Shown here: positions 1 to 10,203 of the stretch, one piece after another
Layout: the number at the start of each line of letters is the position of its first letter
How positions within the stretch are numbered: position 1 is the first letter of the stretch
Source of the DNA: Armatimonadota bacterium
GTDB taxonomy: Bacteria > Armatimonadota > HRBIN16
Assembly (NCBI GenBank): GCA_040289885.1
Contig: PSLZ01000016.1
Location: 1,551 to 65,550, forward strand
Direction of reading: 5' to 3'
Length of the DNA stretch: 64,000 bases
Translations under genes and position numbers: made by a program
The notes under the pieces: generated by a model
Database searches by the model: none
Told to the model about the DNA's origin: nothing
The model's input: the letters and a program-made list of their open reading frames with translations, nothing else

Positions 1-177
1 ACAGGTTGGGAGAGGTTTCCAGGAAGCCGCTGGTAGAGCCGGAGAAGGTTGGTGTACGGAACATCACCGTGCCGTTTGCTCCCAGCGAGTAGCCCTCGAA
101 GTCGGTGAGCAGTTGCGCCGAGGCGGGCACCGCCGCCAGCGCGATCGCCGCAATGAGCCATACGTGCCATCGTCTCA
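1..177 (-). CDS. Partial (5' end only) secreted protein. N-terminus MRRWHVWLIAAIALAAVPASAQLLTDFEGYSLGANGTV... runs off the window start.
   Basis: ATG complement at 175-177 with an open frame to position 1. Classic signal peptide (positive N-region, hydrophobic core, AxA-Q cleavage). Not in the ORF track because there is no stop inside the window. Confidence 0.5.
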
Positions 178-316
178 TAGATGGTTCCTCCTTTCGCGCA
201 TGCCGATAGAAGCGCTCTTTCTCAGGGATACTTTAGCACAGCGCGAATCACCTGTCAACAGATGCGGGGGAAAATGTTCAGACTCCCGTACTTTTAACAG
301 GTGTGTTGGGTGATCT

Positions 317-2158
317 TTACACTCCGGTCATTTTGCGCAGGCGTCGCAGGGACGCGCCCAGCATGCCCGGCGAGCGCGAGGCATCCCCAAGCCGACGCAG
401 GATTCGAGCCAGCCAGATCCGGCGGCTCAGCCCTGCGCTCGTGCTGGCGGTGCGGTGATCCTGCTCCGATAGGCGGTAGCCGAAGTCTCCGTGCAAGATG
501 GACATCTGGAACCAGTATTCGAAGAGGTGTATCTCCTGCAGTTTGCCCTTGCGTAACTGCGGGGGCAGGCGGTTCAGCAGGGCGCGGGGCAGGTTCCACT
601 CGCCCCAGCGGTTCAGCAGGTCGGTGCCAAGCAAATCGCTGACCTTCTGCACCAGATACAGCATACCGCGGTCCACCACGAGGTCCAACGGCAGGGCGAC
701 GCCGGTGTCCCATTCGAGGTCGATCACCGTCATCTCGCCCGTCGCCTCGTTCAGCAGGCAGTTGCGCGGGGTGAGGTCGAGGGCGTTGGCGGGGAGCCAC
801 TGGCTGGTGGGCGTGTACACGCTATGCCCCAGCCTCTGCGTGCAGAAGCTGGCGAACTGCTCGTTGTGGTTAGCGTAGCCCTCTGGCAGAACCCGCGCCA
901 GCAGGGCGGCATACCAGCGTAGCAGAGCCGATGCTCCCTCCGCATAGCGTTTGTGCCACAGGCAGTCGATAAAGAGGTGCTCCACGTTTTTCAGGTGCTG
1001 ATAGTAGGGTTCGCTGGTGTCGCTGTGAGCGGGGATGGGGGCGGGACGGTTGAGCCACTCACCGCGCACGGTTTCGACGGTAATCTGCTCGCCTTCCTGC
1101 ACGAAGAACTTGGTCTGGCGGAAGCGAGGGGCGCACTGGCTTCGCACCTTTACCGCCAGGATCGAGTGCCAGGCTTGTGGGAGCGGCTGGCGCGAGGCGA
1201 TGACCAGAAAAGAGTTCATGAAGGCGGAGGGATGGGCGTTTCTTGCGACCATGTGCAGGAACTCGCGCTCGTTGAACAGCGGTCGCTGGCGCAGGGAGTA
1301 GTCCACGGTGGGAAGATTCAGAAGCGTCAGCCAATCGAAGGCAGGCTCGCTGAAACTGCGGTCGGCGAGGATGACCTCTGGCATCTTGTAGTCGGGGAAA
1401 GGATAGAACCAGACCTGCTCGTTCAAACCCGCATCTTGCAGTTTGCTTTGCAGAAGCCCCTTGTCGAAGGTGCGGATTCCGTTATAGTCGGGATAGCCGG
1501 AGACGCTTTCGAAGGGTATTCCATAATGGTCTTCGCGGTAGCCCGCGAGGTATTTATGCCCCAGCGGGTTTTCGATAGCGATCATCATTTTGCCGTCGGG
1601 GGCGAGCCGCTGGCACAGTAGCCGGATCAGGTATCCCGCGGCATCCGGTCGGGCGATATATCTGCCCGCGTACTCCAGCACGCCGATCAGCAGGATGACG
1701 TCGAACGGCTCGGAGGGCTGGTAGTGCTCGATGTTGGCGGTTACCACTTCAAGGTGCGGAGCGTGTCGGCAACGCAGGCGAATCAGCTCGGCACGCTGAG
1801 GTGCGCCCTCCACCGCCACGATGTGCTGGATACCGGGCACCCGGCACAGATAGGAGGTAATGGCGCCACAGCCTGCTCCGACCTCCAGCACGCGCAGATG
1901 CTCTTTGGTGCGGGGTATCCAGCTGAGGATGCTGGCGCGGGCGGGCGAGAGGTGGTACGACAGCGGCCACCAGTTATACTGCATCCAGGCGTGCGCTTCA
2001 TCGAAGTCCTCGCGTTGGAAGATGTCGTGCAGGAGGGCTTCCGTGCCGTCGGCGTACTGGAAGTGCGTGCTGGCGTCAGGCGCGTTCACGCTTTCGTTTT
2101 GCGTCACTTGGGCTCCCGACCATATCATCTTTGCATCTCTACCTCGGCGGGTGGTCAC
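317..2158 (-). CDS. Class I SAM-dependent methyltransferase domain protein with a long C-terminal extension (possible kinase/phosphotransferase-like domain).
   Basis: 613-aa ORF. Motif I VLEVGAGCG plus downstream DVILLIGVLEY motif typical of Rossmann-fold MTases. The C-terminal approx 330 aa is unassigned. The start may be the internal MIWSG. Confidence 0.6.
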   Translation of the reverse strand: MTTRRGRDAKMIWSGAQVTQNESVNAPDASTHFQYADGTEALLHDIFQREDFDEAHAWMQYNWWPLSYHLSPARASILSWIPRTKEHLRVLEVGAGCGAITSYLCRVPGIQHIVAVEGAPQRAELIRLRCRHAPHLEVVTANIEHYQPSEPFDVILLIGVLEYAGRYIARPDAAGYLIRLLCQRLAPDGKMMIAIENPLGHKYLAGYREDHYGIPFESVSGYPDYNGIRTFDKGLLQSKLQDAGLNEQVWFYPFPDYKMPEVILADRSFSEPAFDWLTLLNLPTVDYSLRQRPLFNEREFLHMVARNAHPSAFMNSFLVIASRQPLPQAWHSILAVKVRSQCAPRFRQTKFFVQEGEQITVETVRGEWLNRPAPIPAHSDTSEPYYQHLKNVEHLFIDCLWHKRYAEGASALLRWYAALLARVLPEGYANHNEQFASFCTQRLGHSVYTPTSQWLPANALDLTPRNCLLNEATGEMTVIDLEWDTGVALPLDLVVDRGMLYLVQKVSDLLGTDLLNRWGEWNLPRALLNRLPPQLRKGKLQEIHLFEYWFQMSILHGDFGYRLSEQDHRTASTSAGLSRRIWLARILRRLGDASRSPGMLGASLRRLRKMTGV

Positions 2159-2293
2159 CGCCTGTTAATGACGCACGACGGGCAATCTGGGTTCAATGGG
2201 GTTGGCAGGCGGTTTTTGGGGCATCATTCGGCTTGCGAACCCGTGATTTGCTTCATCTTGAGGCAAAAAAATCGAAAAAATCTCCAAAACCTG

Positions 2294-2322
2294 TTGACAC
2301 ATGCGGAAGGTTGTTCTATAGT
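2294..2322 (+). promoter_or_regulatory. Sigma-70 consensus promoter (TTGACA, 17-nt spacer, TATAGT) preceded by an A-rich UP-like tract, driving the sigma factor gene.
   Basis: ttgaca at 2294-2299, spacer catgcggaaggttgttc (17 nt), tatagt at 2317-2322. aaaaaaatcgaaaaaatc lies just upstream. This leaves a 5'UTR of about 115 nt. Confidence 0.55.
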
Positions 2323-2443
2323 GAATATAGGCAAAGGTACGAGGGCTTTGTGCACCCGTGGGTTTTGCCCAGGGTGATGCTCTTAATCCTTGTGCAAGCC
2401 AATTCGGCAAAAAGCAAACCAGAACTGTCGGGAGGCAAGCAGG

Positions 2444-3088
2444 ATGATTTCATCCCGCTATGACGACGGAAGCCTGCGCTTCCAAAACATGCAGGACGAG
2501 GAAGTCGTCGTCTACGCGAAATGCGGTAGCCAGCAAGCGACAGAGCATCTGCTTGCGAAGTACCGCGGCATGGTGGAGAGCAAGGCACGCTCCTATTTCC
2601 TCATGGGAGCCGACCACGAGGACGTGGTACAGGAAGGCATGATCGGGCTGTTCAAAGCCATCCGCGACTTCCGTGAGGACAAGTTGACCAAGTTCCGTCC
2701 CTTTGCTGAACTGTGCGTCACTCGTCAGATCATCACCGCTGTCAAAATGGCTACCCGCCAGAAGCACGCCCCGCTTAATGCGTACATCTCCCTGAACCGC
2801 CCCCTCAACGATGAAGATAACGACTCCACTCTGCTCGAAATCATTCCCGATGAGAGTGTGGCTGACCCCGCTGCCGTTGTGGTAGACCAGCGCCAACCCA
2901 AGAACCTTCTGGAGAAGCTGGAAGGGCACCTGAGTAACCTGGAAGCGCGGGTGCTCGAATGCTATCTGGAAGGGATGTCCTACCGGGAGATGTCCAAACT
3001 GCTGGGCTGTCGTCCCAAATCCATCGACAACGCCCTGCAGAGGGTAAAAAGGAAGGTCAGCATCTTGCTCTCACGCGAAGAGGAGTGA
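2444..3088 (+). CDS. sigH: RNA polymerase sigma factor, SigH (sporulation sigma-H) family of the sigma-70 group.
   Basis: Segments YRGMVESKARSYFLMGADHEDVVQEGMIGLFKAIRDFREDKLTKFRPFAELCVTRQIITAVKMATRQKHAPLN and KSIDNALQRVKRKV are near-identical to conserved blocks of Bacillus SigH (recalled from memory). ATG at 2444 with a GGGAGG SD 8 nt upstream. The track's upstream extension is likely non-coding. Confidence 0.85.
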   Translation: MISSRYDDGSLRFQNMQDEEVVVYAKCGSQQATEHLLAKYRGMVESKARSYFLMGADHEDVVQEGMIGLFKAIRDFREDKLTKFRPFAELCVTRQIITAVKMATRQKHAPLNAYISLNRPLNDEDNDSTLLEIIPDESVADPAAVVVDQRQPKNLLEKLEGHLSNLEARVLECYLEGMSYREMSKLLGCRPKSIDNALQRVKRKVSILLSREEE

Positions 3089-3095
3089 CGCGCTT

Positions 3096-3130
3096 GTCCG
3101 CCGCGGGCTAGCCCGCGGCGGCTTTCTCTG
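3096..3130. terminator. Bidirectional rho-independent terminator between the convergent sigH and mutY.
   Basis: Hairpin ccgccgcggg-cta-gcccgcggcgg followed by ctttctct. The mutY stop codon lies in the loop. Confidence 0.6.
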
Positions 3131-4211
3131 GTTGCCTGGCAAGCAGGGTGTGAACTACCCGCCACATGGGGGACGGCAAAGGCAGGGTCTGCGCCTCCTC
3201 CGGCGACACCCAGCGCACTGTGCCGCCGGATGGAAGCGGTTGTCCCTGGCATCGGCAGAGCACCACATGGAGCGTGATGACGTAATGCATCACCGTGTGG
3301 CGAACGGTGGCGACCGGTTCGCACCCCTCCGCTGTCATGCCTAACAGCCCCACAGCCCGCCTGACTGCCTGCTCCACCGATTCCCCACTCTCCATCCGCA
3401 CGCGCGGGAACTCCCACATACCGCGCCACAGTCTGCCGTCCTCACGCTTGACCATCAGCCATCGCCCGCCCTGTGCTATCACCGCGCAGACGTCGTAAAG
3501 CCTCTCTCGCGCGCGACGCGGGGGCAAAACGGGCAGATGGGTCTGCCTTCCCTGCTGGAACGCTGTGCACACGCTGGCAAGCGGACAGACCAGACATCGT
3601 GGGGCACGGGCGGTGCATATCGTGGCGCCCAGGTCCATCAACGCCTGGTTGAAGTCGCCCGGCACATCGGTGGGTAGAATCTGTCGGCAAGCCTCCCACA
3701 GCCGCCGACGTAGGGTAGAGCGCGTGATCGCCTCCTCTATCGCCAGCAGTCGGGCGAGGATGCGGTAGCCGTTGGCGTCCAGCGCAGGCTCGGCTTTGCC
3801 GAAGGCGATACTGGCAACCGCCCCGGCGGTATACTCTCCAACGCCGGGTAACTGTCTCAGCGTGCCGGCATCGCCGGGCACAACGCCGTTGTGCTCCTGC
3901 AGAATCTGCTGTGCAGTGCGATGCAGGTTTCTGGCGCGGCTGTAGTAGCCCAGTCCTGCCCAGTGGCGCAGAACCTCTTCCTCCTGCGCTTCGGCGAGCG
4001 CGTGCACCGAGGGAAACCGCCGGAGAAACCGCTGGAGATAGGGCAGAACGGTCTCCACCTGCGTCTGCTGAAGCATGGTGGCGGCTACCAGCAGGTGGTA
4101 GGGGTTGGGGTCGTCATGCCAGGGCATAGGACGCCTGTGCGCCCGATACCATTCCAGCAGGTATTGCGGAACGGCACGAATCTGCTCAGGCGTCCACATG
4201 CTCGACCGCAC
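3108..4211 (-). CDS. mutY: A/G-specific adenine DNA glycosylase MutY (HhH-GPD domain, [4Fe-4S] Cys cluster, C-terminal NUDIX-like domain).
   Basis: Motifs HLLVAATMLQQTQVETVLPYLQRFLRRFPSV, GVGEYTAGAVASIAFG and CxxxxxxCxxC...C. 367 aa. Confidence 0.9.
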   Translation of the reverse strand: MRSSMWTPEQIRAVPQYLLEWYRAHRRPMPWHDDPNPYHLLVAATMLQQTQVETVLPYLQRFLRRFPSVHALAEAQEEEVLRHWAGLGYYSRARNLHRTAQQILQEHNGVVPGDAGTLRQLPGVGEYTAGAVASIAFGKAEPALDANGYRILARLLAIEEAITRSTLRRRLWEACRQILPTDVPGDFNQALMDLGATICTARAPRCLVCPLASVCTAFQQGRQTHLPVLPPRRARERLYDVCAVIAQGGRWLMVKREDGRLWRGMWEFPRVRMESGESVEQAVRRAVGLLGMTAEGCEPVATVRHTVMHYVITLHVVLCRCQGQPLPSGGTVRWVSPEEAQTLPLPSPMWRVVHTLLARQPEKAAAG

Positions 4212-4948
4212 TATCCTCCCACGATACTGCGCAGGTTCAGCCCGCCATCACCGCTGATCACGAAGCCGGGGAAGTAGCGGCGCAGGTCATACTTGTCCAG
4301 CACCTGCTGAAGCTCGTAGTTCGCCTGCAGGATCTGCGTATCGACGTCTGTGGAAGCGGTTCCCTGCATCTGCGATAGCGCCTGCAGGGCAGTGTTGGGG
4401 TCGGTCTGCGCCTGCTGTAAAGCGAGGTACACCTTCGTCATGTAGGCGATAGTGGAGGAGAGCATCTTGCGATAGGCTTCGTGCAGGGGCTGGCACGCGG
4501 GTGGAGGTTGTTTGGACTCGAAAAGCTGGCTCAACTGCGCCCACTTCTGGGAGTAGTCCTGCGGAGCCTGCTGTACCGCGCTCATGCGCTGTTGCAGTTC
4601 CTGCTCGTCGATGGTCGCCCGCATCGCCACCGCGTTCACGAACGCGTTGAACGCCGGGGTCAGGTCTCTCTGCATCGCCTGACGCTGTGCCTCCACCCGC
4701 TGTAGGTGCTTCAGGTAGTCGATGATGTCTGCGGGCGGGGTCTTCTCAGGTTGCTTTTGAGGCGGCTCAGCCTGTGCCTGCAGGAGTCCGGTATCGGGAA
4801 GCTGGGGAGCAGGTGCCTCCAACACGTTGCCGGTGGGCGGAGCCATCGCCTCGCGATGGGTGACAGGGAAGAAATGACGTCCCAGCAGGATGCCCGCCAC
4901 TAGCACCACCAGCACACCTGCGCCGAGCAGAGCCATTTTGTGATTCAT
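4211..4948 (-). CDS. Hypothetical membrane-anchored protein (N-terminal TM, Q-rich periplasmic coiled region).
   Basis: N-terminus MNHKMALLGAGVLVVLVAGILLG. No recognisable catalytic motif. Translationally coupled to mutY (shared 4211 boundary). Confidence 0.5.
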   Translation of the reverse strand: MNHKMALLGAGVLVVLVAGILLGRHFFPVTHREAMAPPTGNVLEAPAPQLPDTGLLQAQAEPPQKQPEKTPPADIIDYLKHLQRVEAQRQAMQRDLTPAFNAFVNAVAMRATIDEQELQQRMSAVQQAPQDYSQKWAQLSQLFESKQPPPACQPLHEAYRKMLSSTIAYMTKVYLALQQAQTDPNTALQALSQMQGTASTDVDTQILQANYELQQVLDKYDLRRYFPGFVISGDGGLNLRSIVGG

Positions 4949-5025
4949 CGCGCTTCACCATCCTTCCGCGTATCGAGACGCGGGAAAGGTGTCAAAAGTT
5001 CCTTCCGCTTCAGTATATCACTACG

Positions 5026-5940
5026 CTACGCCGAGCGCACCGACTGCGGCGCCATCTCCCCCTCGCCAGCGGAGGCGCGGGTGGTCAGCCACACCCCATA
5101 CAGCACCATCACCGAACCCAGCGCGGTGTACATCCCCAACGGCTCCTTGAGCCACAGCACGCCCATCAGCGCACCAAACACAGGTTGGACGAAGATGAAA
5201 ACACCCATGCTTCCCACATGGTGCCGCTCCATCAGCACAAACCACACCGCGTAACAGAACGCGCTGTTTACCATGCCCAGATAGAACACAGCACCAAGCA
5301 CGGCGGGGGCAGGGGTGGTTGATGAACCCATCCAGAACAGATACGCCGGGATTGCTAGCGCGAGGGTTGCTCCAACGCTCTCCCAGAACAGCACCCCGAT
5401 TCCGCTATATCGGCGCGTTAATCCCCGCGAAAGCACCGTGCCCGTCCCCTCTACCAACACCGACGCCGCCACCAGCAGGTTGCCGACCAGCGAGCCGCTG
5501 TTGTTCAATGGCGGCACTAGCCCGCGGTTAATCAGCAAGTACGCCCCTGCGAACCCCAACGCCATGCCCCATACGGACTGGCGCGACATGCCCTCGCGAA
5601 GCAGTAGCACCGACATCAACGCCATTACCAACGGCTCGCCCGCCAGCAAGAGGGTGGCGTCCACGGCGGTGGTGTACTTCAGCCCCACGAACACCAGAAT
5701 GTGCACTACCCCCAGAGTCAGCGCCCCCAGCCCTACGGCGCGAATCCGGTCGCGGCGCGGCAGACCCAGCGGCACGCGCAGGACAAAACGGGCGAACAGC
5801 GGTAGCAAGAGCATGGCAATCGCCCAACGTGCCCATGCCAGCGTGACCGACGGAACCCCTCCATTGATGGCGAACTTCGCCATCGGGTACGCCGCCGCCC
5901 ACAGCACGTTGATGAGGAACAACAGCGCCGCGTCAAGCAT
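5026..5940 (-). CDS. EamA/DMT-superfamily transporter (10 TM).
   Basis: Polytopic hydrophobic profile with duplicated EamA-like halves. 304 aa. Confidence 0.7.
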   Translation of the reverse strand: MLDAALLFLINVLWAAAYPMAKFAINGGVPSVTLAWARWAIAMLLLPLFARFVLRVPLGLPRRDRIRAVGLGALTLGVVHILVFVGLKYTTAVDATLLLAGEPLVMALMSVLLLREGMSRQSVWGMALGFAGAYLLINRGLVPPLNNSGSLVGNLLVAASVLVEGTGTVLSRGLTRRYSGIGVLFWESVGATLALAIPAYLFWMGSSTTPAPAVLGAVFYLGMVNSAFCYAVWFVLMERHHVGSMGVFIFVQPVFGALMGVLWLKEPLGMYTALGSVMVLYGVWLTTRASAGEGEMAPQSVRSA

Positions 5941-7057
5941 GACTCGGCTCCACGAAGGGCAAGGGGGTCACCTCGGCGTGAACAGGCGACGGCTCGCAAA
6001 GGACGGTGACCGTTGTGCCCGGCGCGAGGTACTCGTTGCGCAGGTAACCCAGCGCGATAGGCGCACGAAGCGACAGCGAGCGTACCGCGCTGGTCACCCA
6101 GCCGGCATCCGGGCGGTCATCCGTGCGAATGGTAGCGCGATGTGGCGGCAGAACGTCTTCCCGCAGGCGCAAACCCACCAGCGAACGGTTGGTGTGTCCC
6201 CGCGCGACGATGCGGTGTATCACCTCTTGCCCCGTGTAGCATCCCTTGGTGAAGCTGATAGCCCGTTCGCCCAACCCCGCTTCGAGGGGAATGGTGTTTT
6301 GGTCCATGTCGATGCCGAACAGGGGAATCCCCGCTTCCACGCGACGGATGTTCCACGCCTCGTAGCCTGTGGGCTTCACGCCCGCATCGAGCAGGGATCG
6401 CCACAGCGCACGTGCCGACTCCGCGGGAGCCATCACGTCGTATCCTGCCTCGCCACAGCGGTCAGTGCGCACCAGATGCGCAGTGTGTCCTTGCCACACG
6501 GCGCAATGAGAGTGCCACAGTGGCAGTGGCGACTGCAAACCAAACGCCTCCAGTGCACGCGCCGAGCGCGGACCGGCAACGTGTAGGAGCACATGGCTTG
6601 CGGTAAGGTCCTCGACCTGCACCTCTTCCATGATAAGGAACTGTTCTAACCGCTCGTGCACGGTGTGGCGCGTGTGGGGCGGGGTGATGACCAGCACAGC
6701 GTCGTCGATGGCGAACAGCACCATATCCGAGAGCAGTTGACCGGTCGGCTTCAGTAGGCAGGAGTAGGTGCCGGTACCGGAATGCTGGAGGGGCAGGATG
6801 TCCTGGCTCAGCTGTCCCTGCAGGTAGGAGATACGGTCTTCACCGGTGACGCGCAGTTTGCCGGTCGCACTCATGTCCACGACGCCCGCTTTTTGGCGCA
6901 GAGCGAGGTACTCCGCGTGCGTGTCGCCGTAGGAGAGTGGTACGCTCACACCAAGCCATTCGCCCCATCTCGCGCCTAGTGAGCGGTGTTGTTCGTGCAG
7001 TAGTAGCGTCATGGGTGCTCCAAGAAAATTGCCCCGTCGGCGCAGGGCAATGCGCAT
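5933..7057 (-). CDS. Aminomethyltransferase (GcvT) family folate-binding protein, YgfZ-like.
   Basis: Motifs GVVDMSATGKLRVTGEDRISYLQGQLSQDI and C-terminal GCYTGQE. The start may be the internal MTLLLHEQ. Confidence 0.75.
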   Translation of the reverse strand: MRIALRRRGNFLGAPMTLLLHEQHRSLGARWGEWLGVSVPLSYGDTHAEYLALRQKAGVVDMSATGKLRVTGEDRISYLQGQLSQDILPLQHSGTGTYSCLLKPTGQLLSDMVLFAIDDAVLVITPPHTRHTVHERLEQFLIMEEVQVEDLTASHVLLHVAGPRSARALEAFGLQSPLPLWHSHCAVWQGHTAHLVRTDRCGEAGYDVMAPAESARALWRSLLDAGVKPTGYEAWNIRRVEAGIPLFGIDMDQNTIPLEAGLGERAISFTKGCYTGQEVIHRIVARGHTNRSLVGLRLREDVLPPHRATIRTDDRPDAGWVTSAVRSLSLRAPIALGYLRNEYLAPGTTVTVLCEPSPVHAEVTPLPFVEPSHA

Positions 7058-7086
7058 CGATCAGTGCACCACGTGTGATAGCCCTT

Positions 7087-7170
7087 TGGTGCCGGAGGAG
7101 GGATTCGAACCCTCACGCCTTTCGGCACCCGCTTTTGAGGCGGGCGCGTCTACCGTTCCGCCACTCCGGC
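7087..7170 (-). tRNA. tRNA-Leu (anticodon CAA), class II with a long variable arm.
   Basis: Reverse complement GCCGGAGTGGCGGAACGGTAGACGCGCCCGCCTCAAAAGCGGGTGCCGAAAGGCGTGAGGGTTCGAATCCCTCTCCGGCACCA. The 7-bp acceptor stem pairs, the anticodon loop is CUCAAAA, and the T-arm is GGTTCGAATCC. Confidence 0.9.
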
Positions 7171-7219
7171 ACTCACTGCCTATCACTACCTAAAAGTATA
7201 AACGGAAGTGGAGCAAAAG

Positions 7220-10096
7220 TCAACGGGACAAAACCCTGGATGACATGCTCACCTGCTGTTCCATGCCCAGAATCTTGCGCAAGAAGCGTCCGGTGTAACT
7301 TGAATCGACCTGTGCTACCTGCTCGGGCGGTCCCTCCGCGACGATATAGCCGCCTTCCGCCCCACCCTCGGGACCGAGGTCGATAATCCAGTCGGCGGTT
7401 TTGATCACGTCCAGATTGTGTTCGATCACCAACACGGTGTTGCCGTTATCTACCAACCGGTGCAGGACGTTAAGCAGTTTCTCGATGTCCGCGAAATGCA
7501 AGCCGGTGGTAGGTTCGTCCAGAATGTACAGCGTTTTGCCAGTGGCCCGCTTGGAGAGCTCGGTGGCAAGCTTCACACGCTGTGCCTCGCCGCCCGAGAG
7601 GGTGGTCGCCGGCTGACCGAGTTTGATGTAATCCAGTCCCACATCGTGCAGGGTCTGCAGTTTGCGGGCGATGGGCGGAATGGCTTTGAAGAACTCCAGC
7701 GCCTCTTCCACCGTCATGTCCAGCACGTCGGCGATGGATTTGCCCTTGTAGCGCACCTCCAGCGTCTCGCGGTTGTAACGCTTGCCCTTACACACCTCAC
7801 AGGGCACATATACATCGGGTAGGAAGTGCATCTCGATCTTGATGATGCCGTCGCCTTTACACGCCTCGCACCGCCCGCCCTTCACGTTGAAGCTGAACCG
7901 CCCAGGCTTGTAGCCGCGCACTCTGGCGTCCTGTGTGCTAGCGAACAGTTCGCGAATCATATCGAAAACGCCCGTGTAGGTCGCCGGGTTCGAGCGCGGC
8001 GTGCGCCCGATAGGCGACTGGTCGATGTCCACCACCTTGTCAACGTGCTCCATACCGTCCACCCCATCGTGCGCGCCCCATAGCGGATGCGAGCCGTAGA
8101 TGTGGTGCATCAGGCGCGGATAGAGCGTTTCCTGAATCAGCGTGGACTTGCCCGAACCCGACACGCCCGTGACGCACACGAACACCCCCAGCGGGATGCG
8201 CACAGTGATGTTCTTCAGGTTGTGCTGGCGCGCACCGCGAATGGTCAGCCAGCGGTCGCCCAGCTGGCGACGGATGAGGGGGACAGGAATCTGTCGTTTG
8301 CCACTGAGGTACTGTCCGGTGATAGATTGCTCGCAGGCGAGGATGTCCTCCACTGTGCCCTGCGCCACCACGTAGCCGCCGTGCTCGCCTGCGCCCGGAC
8401 CGATGTCGATGATATGGTCGGCGGTGCGGATGGTCTCTTCGTCGTGCTCTACTACAATGATGGTGTTGCCTAGATCGCGCAGGTGCAGGAGGGTATGGAT
8501 CAGTTTCTGGTTATCGCGCTGATGCAAGCCGATGCTTGGCTCGTCCAGAATGTACAGCACACCCATCAGCCCACTGCCGATCTGTGTTGCCAGCCGGATG
8601 CGCTGTGCCTCACCGCCCGCCAGCGTCGCCGCGGGGCGGTCCAGCGTTAGGTAGCCCAGCCCTACGTCCAGCAGGAACCCTAGCCGCGTCTGGATCTCGC
8701 GTAGGAGCTGGTGTGCAATGTGGCGATGGCGCTCGGAGAGTTTGGCGGGCAGTTCATCGAAGAACCGTTGCGCCTCCTCCACCGACAGCGCGGTGAGCTG
8801 CGCGATGTTCAGCCCGCCAACCGTCACCGCCAGGCTTTCGTCCTTCAGGCGCAGTCCCTTGCATTTCGGACACGGCTTGTCCGACATGTATCGCTGGAGC
8901 CACTCGCGTACGTTCTCGGACTCCGTCTCGTTATAGCGCCGCTGGAGCATGGTCACGATGCCTTCAAACTCGCTATCGAAATAGCGGGTGCGTCCCCAAC
9001 GGTTGCGGAAGGTAACGGTCACGTTGCCCTCTACGCCGTAGAAGAGCGCGTGGCGCTGGTGCTCGTTCAGCTGGGCGATGGGGGTATGGATGGTGAAGCC
9101 CAGCTTCTGCGCCACGCCGCGCAACAGCCCCTCGTAATAGGGCATCAGCCCATCTTTGCCGGCGAAGGGTTCTATGGCGCCCTCGGCGATGCTCTTGCTG
9201 GGGTCGGGCACGATCAGGGCGGGGTCGAACTCGGTTTTGAAGCCCAGCCCGTGGCATTCGGGACACGCCCCATAGGGACTGTTGAACGAGAAACTGCGCG
9301 GCTCGATCTCGGGCAGGCTGATACCGCACACCGCGCAGGCGAAGTTCTCCGAGAAGACCAGCTCCTCCCCGTCCACGACCTGCGCGAGCACCACGCCCTG
9401 TCCCATGCGAATGGCGGTCTCCACCGAGTCCGCGATGCGTTTCTCGATGCCTGCGCGGATGACGATTCGGTCCACCACCACCTCGATGTGGTGTATCTTA
9501 TAGCGGTCCAGGGTGGGGATGGGCTGTTCGCTCAGGTCTATCAGTTCGCCGTCCACGCGCAGGCGGGTGTAACCAGCCTTGCGAGCGTCTTCCATCTCCT
9601 TGCGGTATTCGCCCTTGCGCCCGCGCACGATGGGAGCGAGCATCTGCAGGCGCGTTCCTTCGGGCAGAGCCAGCAGGGTGTCCACCACCTGCTCGGTGGT
9701 TTGCTGGGCGATTTCGCGTCCGCACTGCGGGCAGTGCGGGATGCCAATGCGCGCGTACAGCAGGCGTAGATGGTCGTAGATCTCGGTGACGGTGGCTACT
9801 GTGGAGCGTGGGTTTTTGCTGGTGGACTTCTGGTCAATGGACACGGCGGGCGACAAACCGATGATGTGGTCTACATCGGGCTTGTCCATCTGCCCAAGGA
9901 ACTGGCGCGCGTAGGCGGAGAGGGACTCCACATATCTGCGCTGTCCCTCGGCATAGATGGTGTCGAACGCCAGACTGGACTTGCCCGACCCCGAAATGCC
10001 AGTGATCACTACCAGCTTATCGCGCGGAATCTCGACCGTGATGTTTTTCAGGTTATGTTGGCGCGCACCGCGAACAATGATTTTGTCCTGAGGCAT
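7220..10096 (-). CDS. uvrA: Excinuclease ABC subunit A (UvrA).
   Basis: 958 aa with two ABC ATPase modules and zinc-finger Cys clusters ([19 protein letters not shown]). The N-terminus [19 protein letters not shown] is canonical. Confidence 0.95.
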   Translation of the reverse strand: MPQDKIIVRGARQHNLKNITVEIPRDKLVVITGISGSGKSSLAFDTIYAEGQRRYVESLSAYARQFLGQMDKPDVDHIIGLSPAVSIDQKSTSKNPRSTVATVTEIYDHLRLLYARIGIPHCPQCGREIAQQTTEQVVDTLLALPEGTRLQMLAPIVRGRKGEYRKEMEDARKAGYTRLRVDGELIDLSEQPIPTLDRYKIHHIEVVVDRIVIRAGIEKRIADSVETAIRMGQGVVLAQVVDGEELVFSENFACAVCGISLPEIEPRSFSFNSPYGACPECHGLGFKTEFDPALIVPDPSKSIAEGAIEPFAGKDGLMPYYEGLLRGVAQKLGFTIHTPIAQLNEHQRHALFYGVEGNVTVTFRNRWGRTRYFDSEFEGIVTMLQRRYNETESENVREWLQRYMSDKPCPKCKGLRLKDESLAVTVGGLNIAQLTALSVEEAQRFFDELPAKLSERHRHIAHQLLREIQTRLGFLLDVGLGYLTLDRPAATLAGGEAQRIRLATQIGSGLMGVLYILDEPSIGLHQRDNQKLIHTLLHLRDLGNTIIVVEHDEETIRTADHIIDIGPGAGEHGGYVVAQGTVEDILACEQSITGQYLSGKRQIPVPLIRRQLGDRWLTIRGARQHNLKNITVRIPLGVFVCVTGVSGSGKSTLIQETLYPRLMHHIYGSHPLWGAHDGVDGMEHVDKVVDIDQSPIGRTPRSNPATYTGVFDMIRELFASTQDARVRGYKPGRFSFNVKGGRCEACKGDGIIKIEMHFLPDVYVPCEVCKGKRYNRETLEVRYKGKSIADVLDMTVEEALEFFKAIPPIARKLQTLHDVGLDYIKLGQPATTLSGGEAQRVKLATELSKRATGKTLYILDEPTTGLHFADIEKLLNVLHRLVDNGNTVLVIEHNLDVIKTADWIIDLGPEGGAEGGYIVAEGPPEQVAQVDSSYTGRFLRKILGMEQQVSMSSRVLSR

Positions 10097-10203
10097 GGCG
10101 AACCTTCGTCATCCGGGGAGTTTACATCAAGGATTGTAGCACATCGAGCAGGCAGGAAGCAACCGATTTAGTGCGGAAAGAGGCATAGATAGACCTAAAA
10201 CAA

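Noticed and set aside
5315-6586. 423-aa plus-strand ORF, and many similar long ORFs (e.g. 294-800, 8711-9769, 19461-20006, 27708-28328, 30417-31097, 32069-33172, 43813-45111, 60081-60731, 60751-62685)
   Set aside because: They are antisense to, or frame-shifted within, well-supported genes. They are Arg/Pro/Ala/Gly-rich and stop-codon-poor, as expected from ~63% GC, and show no motifs.
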